Source: Emiliania huxleyi CCMP1516 (lineage: Eukaryota). From it: 64,000 nt of DNA. Both the position numbers and the translations under genes were made by a program. The notes under the pieces were generated by a model. The model did no database searches, had not been told where the DNA came from, and saw nothing but the letters and a program-made list of their open reading frames with translations. The first letter of the stretch is position 1. The number at the start of each line of letters is the position of its first letter. Positions 12,431-23,646 of the stretch are shown here, piece by piece. The DNA lies in the NCBI RefSeq assembly GCF_000372725.1, contig NW_005201493.1, forward strand, positions 76,830 through 140,829, in the 5' to 3' direction.

Positions 12431-12988
12431 ATGGGCGGGAATCGTGAGCTCGAGGAGGGCGCTGGTCTCCAGCTCGACTGGACAAAGCTCGACAAGGTCG
12501 CCAGCAAGCACTGTGATGTGGTGCCGGTCGTCGTGCAGGACTCGCGCTCCGGCGCCGTGCTCATCTGCGCGTATGCAAACGAGGCTGCGCTCGAGGCCAC
12601 CTTCAAGCAGCGCGTGGCCTGCCTCTGGTCAACCTCGCGCAACGAGTTGTGGGTCAAGGGTGCCACGTCTGGCGACACTCTCGACCTCGACGATGTCTTC
12701 ATCAACTGCGAGCAGAACTCGCTCGTCTACAAGGTGACGCCGCGTCGCAAGGGCGCGTGCCATACCAAGGACCAGTACGGCAACACCCGTGTCAGCTGCT
12801 ACTACCGCCGCGTGGCGCCGACGGCCAGCGGCTCTCTCCAGCTGAGCCACGCCGAGCCCGTATGCCCCGAATGCCCCGTGCCGCCTGCGCCAGAAACAGT
12901 CAACCGCGCCGCCCTGCTTATTGCCTTTGCGGCCGGCAGCGTGAGCGCCGCGCTGCTGACTGCTGCGGTGCTCCGGCAACGAAGGTAA
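12431..12988 (+). CDS. hisI: Phosphoribosyl-AMP cyclohydrolase (HisI), monofunctional, with C-terminal hydrophobic tail
   Basis: VPVVVQD..SG.VL..AYAN.AL..T, WSTSRNELWVKGATSG, C.., GACHT and SCYYR match the PRA-CH family. Intronless. Confidence 0.9.
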   Translation: MGGNRELEEGAGLQLDWTKLDKVASKHCDVVPVVVQDSRSGAVLICAYANEAALEATFKQRVACLWSTSRNELWVKGATSGDTLDLDDVFINCEQNSLVYKVTPRRKGACHTKDQYGNTRVSCYYRRVAPTASGSLQLSHAEPVCPECPVPPAPETVNRAALLIAFAAGSVSAALLTAAVLRQRR

Positions 12989-13357
12989 CCGTCGCCGCGC
13001 CGTCGGTGCCGTGTGCTGCTGCGATGCGTTGACTTTCCCGCGCGGTCCGCAGGTGAACCGCACCGCACACGGGGCGTGCACACAGTGAGATAGGTCACAT
13101 GCGCATGCACGTACATGTGTTCGCGGCTCTTGCATGGGGAGTATGCGGGGCATGGCAAAGCATAGAATAACAACACCGCACACTCCACACCGCATTGGCT
13201 GCGTTCTCTCCGCGCCGCCGTGAGCGCTCTGTGAGGAGGCGCACTACCAGGAGCTCGTCCTATCGCGACAGGCAGAGCGTCGGCGCCGCACAACGCGAGG
13301 TAGATGCCCCATCCCGCGGACCTGCCCGTCCACGCCGCCCTAGTCCCCAGCCTGCGA

Positions 13358-13834
13358 TCAGCGGTGCCCGTTATTGGCATCCATCAGCCCGTCCACGCCG
13401 CCGTAGTAGGAGAACACGAATGCGAGGAGCGCGAAAATGGTGATCAGCAGCGAGCCAGCGATCACGCGCCCAATCGTGCCGTCCGTCGGGTCCTCCTCCG
13501 AGTAAACGTAAGCCTCGAGCTTGGCCTGCCGGATCTGCGCGGACTTTGTGTTGCCAAACTTCTCGGTGCCACCGACGCCAACGCGCCGGGCGTCGCCCTT
13601 CCTGCCGCCGCCGCCGATTTTCCCGAAACGCCCGCCCGAGCCACCCTGCGACAGGCGCCGATCATCTCCGTCTTCGATGCGCGAGCGCCTTCCGACCCGT
13701 CCGTCGGACCAGAGCTGCAGGACAGGCTGAGGCGAGCGGCGCGGCGAGACGACGAGGGCGGAGCGCGGCGAACTGGGCACGAGCGCGAGCGTCACGGCGC
13801 CGCAGCAGAAGAAGAGGTAGGTGATTGCGCGCAT
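13358..13834 (-). CDS. Small putative plastid-targeted membrane protein
   Basis: Signal peptide, Ser/Arg-rich transit-like region and a single C-terminal TM helix (VIAGSLLITIFALLAFVFSYYG). Confidence 0.6.
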   Translation of the reverse strand: MRAITYLFFCCGAVTLALVPSSPRSALVVSPRRSPQPVLQLWSDGRVGRRSRIEDGDDRRLSQGGSGGRFGKIGGGGRKGDARRVGVGGTEKFGNTKSAQIRQAKLEAYVYSEEDPTDGTIGRVIAGSLLITIFALLAFVFSYYGGVDGLMDANNGHR

Positions 13835-15756
13835 CGATTTCGCAACAGAAGCGTGCGACGCCCACGAAAGAATTCGCGCGCGCCCGGTTTGATCTCGATC
13901 CTAAAAGATAAATAATAAGAATTCGCGCTCGCGCGACTCCGTGTCGTGTCGCGTGGCGGGAGGCTCTGCTCGGTGTGCCACCCCCTTCTGGCCAACCCAC
14001 CCACCATCGACTCGACCCCCCCACTCTAGCGCCCCCGCCGCGGCGAGCGTCCCGATGACGAGTCACAGCAGACGGGCGGACTGACTCGCGATGAGAAAAC
14101 TGCAACGTGTACACTTGGCCGAGGGACGCCAGCCCACCGAACCCGCGCACCCGCCAGACCCACCCTCCGTGTTACCCGCTGAGCCTCGTCCGTGGCTCAA
14201 ACCGGGCGTCAAACTGGGTGGACAGTGCGCGAGGCGCATATGTCTGGCGGCGGAGGCTGCCTCAGCGCGCCCCGCCGTCTTGAGCAACTCGGACATCCCT
14301 CTCTCTCACTGCCGAGATAAGAACATGCGACGTCCGCGTTCGAACCCGTCCCTCCGAGTGCGGCGCCGCGCGCCGCCGCTCCGCGAGTGACTCCGCCGCT
14401 GAGCCAAGCCGCCCCGACCTTGACAGGAGTGGCGGGATGACGCGCGGGAGGTTGTGAGTGGCCGTGAGAGGCCGTGGCACGTGGCCGGCGGAGCGACGTC
14501 GACGGCGGAGAGCTGAGGCTTCGCGGACGAGTACGAGGCTGAAGCTGCACTCCCGCCCGCAAAGCGCAGAGTCTCACAAGCCAAACGGCGGAGGCGACAC
14601 TGCAAGGTGACCGGCCCGCGCCCTTCCGTGCCCTCCTCCCTGCCCGCCCCCTCCGCTCCTCCCCCGCCCGACCCACGAGCGCCGATGACGACCCAACTCT
14701 TACCTACATTGCCCGACGGGCTCTCCGCCCTCTGAGAGACATTTCAATCTCACGAATCCCGAGGCGCTCTCGGCCGAACCTTCTTGCCCGCACGGCCCCC
14801 TCCCCCAGCCCCACGCGCGAGGATGCTACTCAAACTTTCGTTCTACCGCACGCGGAGCCCTCCGTGGCCCGGTGGGGAAACTGATCAGCTCTGGCTGACG
14901 CGCCTCTCACTCACTCACTCGCCCTGCCGCCGCATATCACGACGCGTCGGACATCCCCCCTCCCCCACCCCCACAGGTCCTGCGTTCGTTAACCTCGTCG
15001 CCGCCGAAAGGGTGGCATCACCTTTGTTTCCAGTCTCCTACTCGGAACTCTCGCTAGCCACGTCTAGCCTACTCGTGGAGAGGTGGAGTGTGTGGCGGGG
15101 AGGGGGACTGCCCGGACTGGTCGGGTCTCACGCGTGTGTGTTCCCTGTTCCTCATCTACCGTGTGCGCAGTGAAACCACCCCCCCTTCCCAACCGTCTCA
15201 GGGACGGACGCATTTCCCCCCTTATAAAAAAATGTTCCAGTATTAGCAAGCAAAAAGGAGCACACACGTCTCAGCAAGTCTGCAGCCCTCCCACTAGCGA
15301 CTTGCTCCGGGTGCGGCGGGGTCTCGCCCCCCGTCAGGGGCGGGGAACCCGCAATTTGAGATGCTGAGGCATCTGAAATTGCCCGCGATACGATTTCCAT
15401 TCTAAATTCGATTGCCTCGAGCATCCCAAGATGCATGAAGCAATTCAGGATGCGCGCGCATCCTGAATTGCTTCGCGCATTCCTGCTGAATTGCTTCATG
15501 CCGATCTTGGGATGCCTGAGGCAACCAAAGATGTCCACGACATCCCTGATTGAGCCATTACATCCTGAGATGCTGGCCGGAGGGCGCTGCATCTCAGGAT
15601 GGCTGAATTGGCGTCGCCATCCCCGAGATGTGGCAAGCATTTTTTCAAATGGATATTTTAACCTCAGAGGTAAATAAGACAATCCAGAATGCGCGCGATG
15701 TGCGACGAGGCCTAATAGTCCGCAGCGCCCCCAATGGTGCGCCGCATGGAGGGCGA

Positions 15757-16773
15757 GCTCTCCCTCTCCCTCTCCCTCTCCCTCTCCCTCTCCCTCTCCC
15801 TCTCCCTCTTACTCTCCCTCTCCCTCTCCCTCTCTCCCTCTTTCTCTCCCTCTTACTCTCCATCTCCCTCTCTCTCTCCCTCTCCCTCTCCCTCTCCCTC
15901 TCCCTCTTCCTCTTACTCTCCTCTCCCTCTCCCTCTCCCTCTCCCTCTCCCTCTCCCTCTCCCTCTCTCTCTCCCTCTCCCTCGGACTCTCTCTCTTCTC
16001 CCTCTCCCTCTCCCTCTCCCTCTCCCTCTCTCCTCTCCCTCTCCCTCTCCCTCTCACTGTAACTCTCCCTCTCACTATAACTCTCCCTCTCCCTCTCTCC
16101 TCTCCCTCTATCCTCTGCCTCTAACTCTCTCCTCTCCCTCTTACTCCCTCTCCCTTTCCCTCTCCCTCTCCTCTCTCCCTCTTACTCTACCTCTTACCCT
16201 CTCTCCTCTCACTCTCACTCTCACTCTCACTCTCTCTCCTCTCACTCTCCCTCTCCTCTCTCCCCCTTACTCTACCTCTTACTCTCCCTCTTACTCTCTC
16301 TCCTCTCCCTCTCCCTCTCCCTCTCCCTCTCCCTCTCCCTCTCCCTCTCCCTCTCCCTCTCCCTCTCCCTCTCCCTCTCCCTCCCTCTCCCTCTCCCTCT
16401 GCTATCCCTCTCTCCTCTCCCTCTTACTATCTCTCCTCTCGCGCTCCCTCTTTATACTCTCTCTACTCTGCCTCCCTCCCTCTCCCTCTTACTCTACTCT
16501 CCTTATCACTCTCTCCTTTCCCTCTTACTCTTTCTCCTCCCACTCTCTCCTCTCCCTCTCCCTCTCCCTCTCCCTCTCCCTCTCCCTCTCCGCTACTCCC
16601 TCTCCTCTCCCTCTCCCTCTTACTCTCCCTCTCCCTCTCCCTCTCCCTCTCCCTCCCACCTCTCCCTCTCCCTCTCCCTCTCCCTCTTCCTCTTACTCTC
16701 TCTCCTCTCACCCTCCCTCTCCCTCTCCCTCTTACTCTCCCTCTCACTCTAACTCTCCCTCTCCCTCTCTCTC
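15757..16773 (+). repeat. ~1 kb polypyrimidine (CTCTCC)n / CTTACT low-complexity tract
   Basis: Directly visible; almost no G on the + strand. Confidence 0.97.
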
Positions 16774-17452
16774 TGGGACCCCTAGGCGAACCGGTAGGCC
16801 GAGACCGGAGGGCCCCGGGCGGAGCCTGGAGTCAGCTATCGGAGGATGCGAGAGACGAGCGGACTCGACCTCTGGCTCTGCGAGGGGAGTTGGGGCATGC
16901 GGGCTCGCCAGGGGTAGATCCGTCGCGGCCCCGGCGGCACCCGGACAAACCCAGGAACTACGACAAGGAGGGCCACGCCTCCCCGAGCTCGATGAGGAGT
17001 CGGCGGTGAGGGGGGGGCGAGCCGAGTACGATAGAGAGGCCGCGGATGCGGGCGCGATTCGTCGACCAGGGAGAGCCAGCCCGACCCCCCGGGGAGGCGC
17101 GGCGAGGGGACCCAATGCCGCCGCATTCGCCCGGGGAGACCTCGGCCGGGCCGTCGACGCCCTCGGAATCGGTGGAGCCGGGAGAAGCTGGCGAAGACGA
17201 AGGGCGGCAGCGGAGAAAGCGACACCAACAACGAGGGAAACGACCACACCGGCCGTCGCATGACGCTCGGGAGACGAGCAAGAAAGCGAATCAAGGAGGG
17301 TCGGAGCCCTGGGAAGACGGGGGGTGAGCGCCCTCGGACGGGGGGGGTCTACTGCTCTACTCAAGCATCTGCGCAAGTGAGTGCAGAGTGGTGGTGTGGG
17401 GCGTGCAGTGTGGTGTTCATTAGCTCCGAGTAGAGGGCGCGTCCTGCAGTGA

Positions 17453-17536
17453 AGGGGAAACCCGGTACGCGGGGCCAACCCTCGGGGAGACCCGTGTTTA
17501 CTTTACGGCCCTTTCCCTGCGAACGCGCACCCCCCA
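17453..17536 (+). repeat. Dispersed ~80 bp repeat, copy 2
   Basis: Matches 4699-4780. Confidence 0.9.
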
Positions 17537-18216
17537 CGATGCCGCTCCGCGCGGGCGACGACGCGCACAACGTGACCTGGCTCGACGTCGACGACGCCGA
17601 GCCGCGCTACGCCGCGCTGTACGCCTCGCACAAGGACTGGGTGGACCGGGTGGCGTGCGAGCTCTCCGCCAGCGGCCTCGCCGCCGCCGCCGCGCGCGAG
17701 CAGGCGGCGGCGGCGGAGGTGATGGGCGAGGAGGCTGCTGCGGAGGCGGGTGTCGCGACCTCGCTCGACGCACTCAGCCGGAGCAGCACGTTCGAGAGGG
17801 AGCTCGACGAGCAGGCGGAGGCGGAGGCGGCGCGCGGGCCGCTGCTCGGCCTCGCCCTCCGGAGGTGCAAGAGCTCGCCGACGCCGGGCGTTGCTGCGGT
17901 CGTGCGCCGCTGGGGCTCCGCGAGGAGGCGCTCCGGAGCGTCCCGCTCGTCCAGCCGGCGAGGCCGGCGCGGCCGCCGGCGCGCCCAGTCGGGGTGGTCG
18001 TGTGCGTGACGTAACACTCTACGCTCTACGTGTGTTTTTTAGAGGTCAAGGTACAAGATACTTTTTTCACATCTCAGCACATGCTGAATTCCGTACGCCG
18101 CAGGGCTCCGTCCTCCGTGCGGGATAAAGCCGTATTGCGTATATCTCCCTGGACCCTGCATGTGACGGATGTGTGCTGACCTGTGAGCTGTGTCATACCC
18201 TGATCGCTACGGTTTC

Positions 18217-19911
18217 TCAGCTCTCCGCGACGCGGAGCGCGTGCATCGCGCCCTTCAGCTCCGCCACCTGGTCGAGCGCGTCGCCGAGCAGCCCCTTGGC
18301 CACGCCAAAGTCGCGCAGCTGCTCCACGCCGCCGCTCGCCCGCACCTCGGCGGCGTGGTCGGCCACGAAGCGGCGGCACTGCGCGAGGAGCCGCCCGTCG
18401 CCCAGCGTGTGCGCCGCCTCGAGCAGCGGCACGGCGGTCGCCGGCGCGACGCTCTCCTGCAGCGCCTGCGCGCAGAGCAGCTCGAGGCGCGGCACCTGGT
18501 ACATCTGCGCCAGCTCCCGCAGGTCGAGCGCGCGCTGCGCCCTGTTGCCCTCCTCCTCGCCGAGGTCGAACTTGTCGGAGAGGAGGTAGTCGATGAGGGC
18601 GGTGAAGCTGGCGGGGTCGATATGGGGCACCGTGACCTCGGCGGCGTCGCGCTCCTTCATGCCGATGCCAAACATGGTCCGAAAGACCGGGGACCGGGCG
18701 CAGAGGACGGCCTTGGTGACGTGCTCGACGCGCTCCTCGTCGTCGCCGACCAGGAAGGTGACCATGCCCTGCGGGAGGGTGGCGTCGCCCCGCGTCTTTG
18801 CGAGGTCGGCTCCAAGGGTCGAAGGCGGAACGACGATCGGGGCAAAGGAGGGAGGCGGAGGAGGCGCCGCCACGCAGACCTGGCGGAGGCCACCGTACGA
18901 ACCGACCAACAGCGTGCTGCCGTCTGGGCTGAGGGCGACTTCAGTTGGGTCGTAGAACTCCGCCGCGTCGCCCACGCCATCCGCGTCGCCATCCTCGCCG
19001 CTGCCCGCGATCGTTGTCACAGCGCCTGTCGCCACCTCCACCCGCCGGATCTTGTCGTTGTCGAGGTCCGCCACAAACAGCGCGCTGCCGTCTGGGCTGA
19101 TGGCGATGCCACGTGGGTTGTAGAACTCCGCCGCGTCGCCCACGCCATCCACGTCGCCAGCCCCGCCGCTGCCCGCGATCGTCGTCACCTCGCCAGTCGC
19201 CACCTCCACCCGCCGGATCTTGTTGCTGCTGCAGTCCGCCACAAACAGCGCGCTCCCGTCTGGGCTGATGGCGATGCCGTTTGGGTTGCAGAACTCCGCC
19301 GCTTCGGCCACACCATCCGCGTCGCCATCTCCGCCGCCTCCAGCGAGCGTGGTCACAGCGCCAGTCGCCACCTCGACCCGCCGGATCTTGTGGTTGCTGA
19401 AGTCCGCCACAAACAGCGTGCTGCCGTCTGGGCTCATAGTGATGCCACTTGGGTAGGCGAACTGCGCCGCTTCGCCCACGCCATCGGCGCTGCCCTGTAT
19501 GCCGCTGCCTGCGAGCGTCGTCACAGCGCCAGTCGCCACCTCAATTCGCCGGATGTCGTGGCGGCTGTCGTCCGCCACAAAGAGCGCGCTCCGGTTGGGG
19601 CTGGCGGCAGCGGCGTAGCAGGCGGCACTTGCTGGCAAGGCTGCCACGCGGCGCACGCGCCCGGCCGCTGAGACGTGCAGCAGCGAGTCCTCGGTCACGA
19701 CGAACCAGGCGCCCGCGTGGTCGCTCGCGACGCCAACCTGACTGAGCGATGCCAAAGGCCCGTCTTCCCCCTCGAGCGTGAGCGTGGTGACCTGTCCGAG
19801 GATGCGCACGCCAAAGATGGGCGCCTCGAAGCCATCCGCGACCGGCACGGGCTCGTCGACCTCCTCGCCGCCGCCGCCGGTGCGGGCGCGCTTGCGGGCG
19901 GCAGACGCCAT
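18217..19911 (-). CDS. NHL-repeat beta-propeller + BTB/POZ domain protein (putative Cullin-3 adaptor)
   Basis: About 4-5 repeats of AEF..P.GIAISPDGS.LFVAD..N.KIRRVEVATG.VTT.AGSG, then VTFLVG..HVTKAVLCARSPVFRTMF..GMKE and LRELAQMYQVPRLELLC. Intronless. Confidence 0.92.
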   Translation of the reverse strand: MASAARKRARTGGGGEEVDEPVPVADGFEAPIFGVRILGQVTTLTLEGEDGPLASLSQVGVASDHAGAWFVVTEDSLLHVSAAGRVRRVAALPASAACYAAAASPNRSALFVADDSRHDIRRIEVATGAVTTLAGSGIQGSADGVGEAAQFAYPSGITMSPDGSTLFVADFSNHKIRRVEVATGAVTTLAGGGGDGDADGVAEAAEFCNPNGIAISPDGSALFVADCSSNKIRRVEVATGEVTTIAGSGGAGDVDGVGDAAEFYNPRGIAISPDGSALFVADLDNDKIRRVEVATGAVTTIAGSGEDGDADGVGDAAEFYDPTEVALSPDGSTLLVGSYGGLRQVCVAAPPPPPSFAPIVVPPSTLGADLAKTRGDATLPQGMVTFLVGDDEERVEHVTKAVLCARSPVFRTMFGIGMKERDAAEVTVPHIDPASFTALIDYLLSDKFDLGEEEGNRAQRALDLRELAQMYQVPRLELLCAQALQESVAPATAVPLLEAAHTLGDGRLLAQCRRFVADHAAEVRASGGVEQLRDFGVAKGLLGDALDQVAELKGAMHALRVAES

Positions 19912-19916
19912 GCACG

Positions 19917-20354
19917 TGAGTCTGTCAGTAAGCGCGGGTTAGCCGTGGGTTCCACCGGGTTAAGCCACACTAACCCAGCACGGGTCAGCACGGGTTAGAA
20001 CGGGTTACCATAACCCGACGCTAACCCGCGCTTACCGATACGCGATAGACTCACTCCATACACGCTCAACTTACCGATAACGGCGTTGCCGCGGAGAGCA
20101 CCAAGGGGCAAGGTGCAGCCAAGCCGTCCGAGGGAGAGACTAACCCGGGTTAGCGCCGGGTTAGTCTCGGGTTACCATAACCCATGCTGACGTATGCCCC
20201 CCAGCCGCATGGGTTAGTGCCGGGTTAGTGCCGGGTTAGTGCCGGGTTAGTGCCGGGTTAGTGCCGGGTTATGGTAACCCATTCTGACCCGTGCTAACCC
20301 GTGCCGGGTTAGTGAGCACTAACCCGCGCTAACCCGCGCTTAGCGAAAGACTCA
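19917..20354. mobile_element. hAT-like MITE with 8-bp TSD and GGGTTA-rich interior
   Basis: TIR TGAGTCT.TC..TAAGCGCGGGTTAG at both ends; TSD CATGCACG at 19909-19916 and 20355-20362; internal (CCGGGTTAGTG)n. Confidence 0.88.
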
Positions 20355-21786
20355 CATGCACGCGCAACGGCGAGGGCTGGATTTGGGACAAGGGTTGGGT
20401 AGGGTATCGATCCTCGAAAATCAATCTCTCTTCTCTCTACTGACGTACGAACGTACGAACGTACCGGGAAATCAACACGGTGTCGCGCACACCGCTATCA
20501 CCGGTGCCAAGCGGCAAGCGATCGCAAGGCGCGGGGCGCTGCCACCCCTCGCCACCCAGCGCAGCAGCGGCCAGCGCAGCGGCCGCCGGCGCAGCAGCCA
20601 GAGCAGCCGGTGCGCGCCTTGCGAGGCGAGTACTGCCGCCCGGCAGCCTTGAGGCGGCCAGGCGGCAGTACTCGTTCGAACTTTGCGAGCCGTGCGCGCG
20701 CCGAGGCGCGCGCGGCGCGCGCCCGCCCGGCTGCCAGTAGGAGGCGGCGCAATATGGCCATAGTACAGCCCTTGAGGAGGAGGAAGAGGCTGGCTGGCAG
20801 TGCTGTATGCCGCCGAGGGAGGAGTTTTGGGGTGCTGTCACGGGCCCAGGGGGGTGCACAACGCGTCCGCAACCGGGACAACCCGCCCCCCCCCGCCGAG
20901 GCCGGTCGAAGCCCACACTTGCAAGCAGCCATGAGGAGTCCTCTTGGTGCTCCTGGCGGCCGTTCAAAGCTCGGGCGCGCGCCGAGGGGGGGGGGGGGGG
21001 GGTCTTGCTTGCTCCACATCGAGCGCTGTCGGTCCGGACCGGTGCTTGCACCGAGGGGAGGCCTGCACAAGGTCTGAGCCGCGGCCGCTCGGCGCCAAGC
21101 CGGCACCAACTTGATTCGTAGATCGGCGTCTCACGGCCGGGCCGCGGGGCGGGGAGGGAGGGGGGTCGATCCGTAAATCCGTAATTCCGTAAATGTGTAA
21201 CAAGTAACCACCAGAGTCTCCCCCACCGCACCCAGGCACCCAGCTACCAGGCAGATAGAGACACAGCACTCGCGACACGCTGAGAAGCCGGAGGCTGGCC
21301 TCTCCAACGCTCGCGCAACGCTCGTCTGCACGCGCCGCCGCGCAGCTCTCTGGGGTCCGCGGGCGGCCCAGGCCACACGGTGGGAGGGTCGACGACCGTG
21401 CGACTGTAAAGCTCCGTATGTATTTCTTAACAATCACTATATTCGTGCTTGCCGAGCTGCGCCTCTGCGAGTGCGACTATCAACCCCTCACGCGTGTGCA
21501 TAATCCCCTCCATCTTGTTGTGCAGCGCCTTGACCTCTCCGCCTCACTGCGGCATCAGCGCGCCTCGCCTCTGCCTCCATCGAAATCTGCAGCGCGTCGA
21601 GCTGCAGACTGCAGTGTCACGCTCGCGCGCGCGTGACAAACTGGCAATTCTCGTTTCCTATTCACTTGGTCCCCCAACGGAAGAGGCCTCGCTCCTATTG
21701 GAACACTCCAACATCAGGTCCCTTTTTGAGGCGGCAAGCTTTTTTCTTTTGGGTCCTGTGGGGGCACGACCCTATATCCCTATGCC

Positions 21787-22225
21787 TAGGCTGGCCGATT
21801 TTTTTCGCGGTATCCGCGGCGGGATATGGCGGGATATGGCGGGATATGGCGGGATATGGCGGGATACCGGGAGATACACGCGGATATGTATGATGAGATA
21901 CGGAGCCCCCAAGATGTGTTCACGACAACGTCCGTCAAGCGTGAAACCGCAAATCGGACGCATTCGCGCTTCGACGGCCGCTTGTCGAGCGCTTGTCGAT
22001 TCCCATGATTCACGATATACAGAAAATTTCCGCTTGAGCTAGCAGGGACCAGGGATCCGTCGCGCTCTGCGGCCGGAGCGCGGAGAGAGGCCGGGGGCTG
22101 CTCGGCGTGAGGCGGGCAGGATACGGCGGGATATGGCGGGATATGGCGGGATATGGCGGGATATGGCGGGATACGGTCAGATATGAGAGATACATCAAGA
22201 TACCGCAAAAAAATCGGCCAGACTA
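21787..22225. mobile_element. MITE-like element with (GGCGGGATAT)n subterminal arrays
   Basis: TIR TAG(G/T)CTGGCCGATTTTTTT(C)GCGGTATC and two arrays of the 10-mer. No TSD recognised. Confidence 0.75.
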
Positions 22226-23007
22226 CGGGGTGTGGACCCTGAGTTGACCAGGGGTTGTGCGCCGGGCCCTCCTGCTCGGCTCCAGCGAGTAGACAAGTGT
22301 TGTCATCAACAGAGTAGAAGGATCTGACCTCGGGGCCGATGTGACCAAGCGCCGGTAGCGTGCTTTCACCTCACACCCACGGTCTCACAGTGTGCCGGCA
22401 GTCGCCAAGCAGTGTCGCTCACACAAGCCGCAGCACAAGTGACTGAGGGCCAGTGAGGGCGAGCCCATCGCTGTGACAGCTGTGGCAGCCGCACAGTAGG
22501 CTGTGTCAACTGTGCAGAGTGTGTGAGCAGCAGAGGAGCTGCTCTCCAGGCTTCTGTCGCAAAGAGCTGCATGCCACCGAAAGCGCTGTCGAGGTTCGCC
22601 GAGCGCGGCGAAATCGGGGGACACCGTCACCGACGAGCGCGTAGTGATATTCACTCCGGACAAGGACGGCCACACGCACACGAGCTGCGGTCGTGTGGCC
22701 GTCATAGTGGCGAGGCACGGGACCGTCTGTGGCGAGGTGGGTCGCGTCCCTCGATTTCCTCAACTCACGGTCCGCTCCCTCTAGGCCTATCCCTATAAAT
22801 TTAACCGTATTGCGTATAAAGTCCACCGCGGGTATTTCGTGTGTGGGCCGAGATTTATCCGATTTTTGTCAGATTTTGCCTCAGAAGTCGTGGTAAACCT
22901 TACCACCGTTTGATTGTTTTGGCCGTAGAGTGTTTGATTGTTCTGGGGGGCTATACCAGTGGAAATGCCAAGCGGCTGCGCCCCCTGCCCGCCCCGCGCC
23001 TTAGTGG

Positions 23008-23646
23008 TTAGTCCCGCTTGGGACGGGCCGCCGCCGCCGGCCCGGCTGCGGCCACGGCCGGCTGCGGCTGCGTCAGAGCGCGCGAGAGGTCGGTGACTGG
23101 CAGCGCGAGGCAGAGGGCGAACTGGACTGTCGGCATCAGACCTATCGCCGCCGAAGGAGCCGTGAGCATGAGCCCCGGCGGGGAGTGGTGGGCGGCATCT
23201 GTGCCGTTGAGTGCGAAGAATGCGCCGAGCATGGCGATCCCGAAGAGGAGGAGCACGTGCGGCCGCCGCAGCACGAGCGAGAGCACGCAACCAAACACGA
23301 CGCACCACGAGCCCGCCGCGAGCAGCTCCTGGTGATCAAACGACTTGTACGCGGAGGTGCGAGCCGTCGCCAGCTCGAGCGAGCGCTCCCAGAGGTCGGC
23401 CGTGTCGAGCGGCGGCCCGTCGGCCACCACCGGAGCGGAGGAGAGCGCCGCGCGGAGCAGGTTGCCTGGGAAGAGCACCGCCCGCAGCGCCGTCTTGGCG
23501 CTGTCGCCGAGCGGCTGGTCCTGGTTCTCGCGCAGCGTGGTGGCGATCACCTGCAGCGGCGAGATGGCGCCGCCCGAGGGGGCGAACGCAAGCGGGCTCT
23601 GCGTGAGGATAAAGAGGAGCGGCAGGAGGAGGGTGAAGAGACCCAT
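23008..23646 (-). CDS. Hypothetical multi-pass membrane protein with signal peptide
   Basis: MGLFTLLLPLLFILTQSPLAF leader and about three hydrophobic segments. Confidence 0.55.
   Translation of the reverse strand: MGLFTLLLPLLFILTQSPLAFAPSGGAISPLQVIATTLRENQDQPLGDSAKTALRAVLFPGNLLRAALSSAPVVADGPPLDTADLWERSLELATARTSAYKSFDHQELLAAGSWCVVFGCVLSLVLRRPHVLLLFGIAMLGAFFALNGTDAAHHSPPGLMLTAPSAAIGLMPTVQFALCLALPVTDLSRALTQPQPAVAAAGPAAAARPKRD

Noticed and set aside
15734..17263. 509-aa Ser/Pro/Leu extensin-like ORF
   Set aside because: It is a translation of the (CTCTCC)n tract, which lacks stops by composition.
20140..20345. Telomere or interstitial telomere
   Set aside because: The units are 11-mers containing GGGTTAG rather than tandem TTAGGG, and they are enclosed by TIRs and a TSD.
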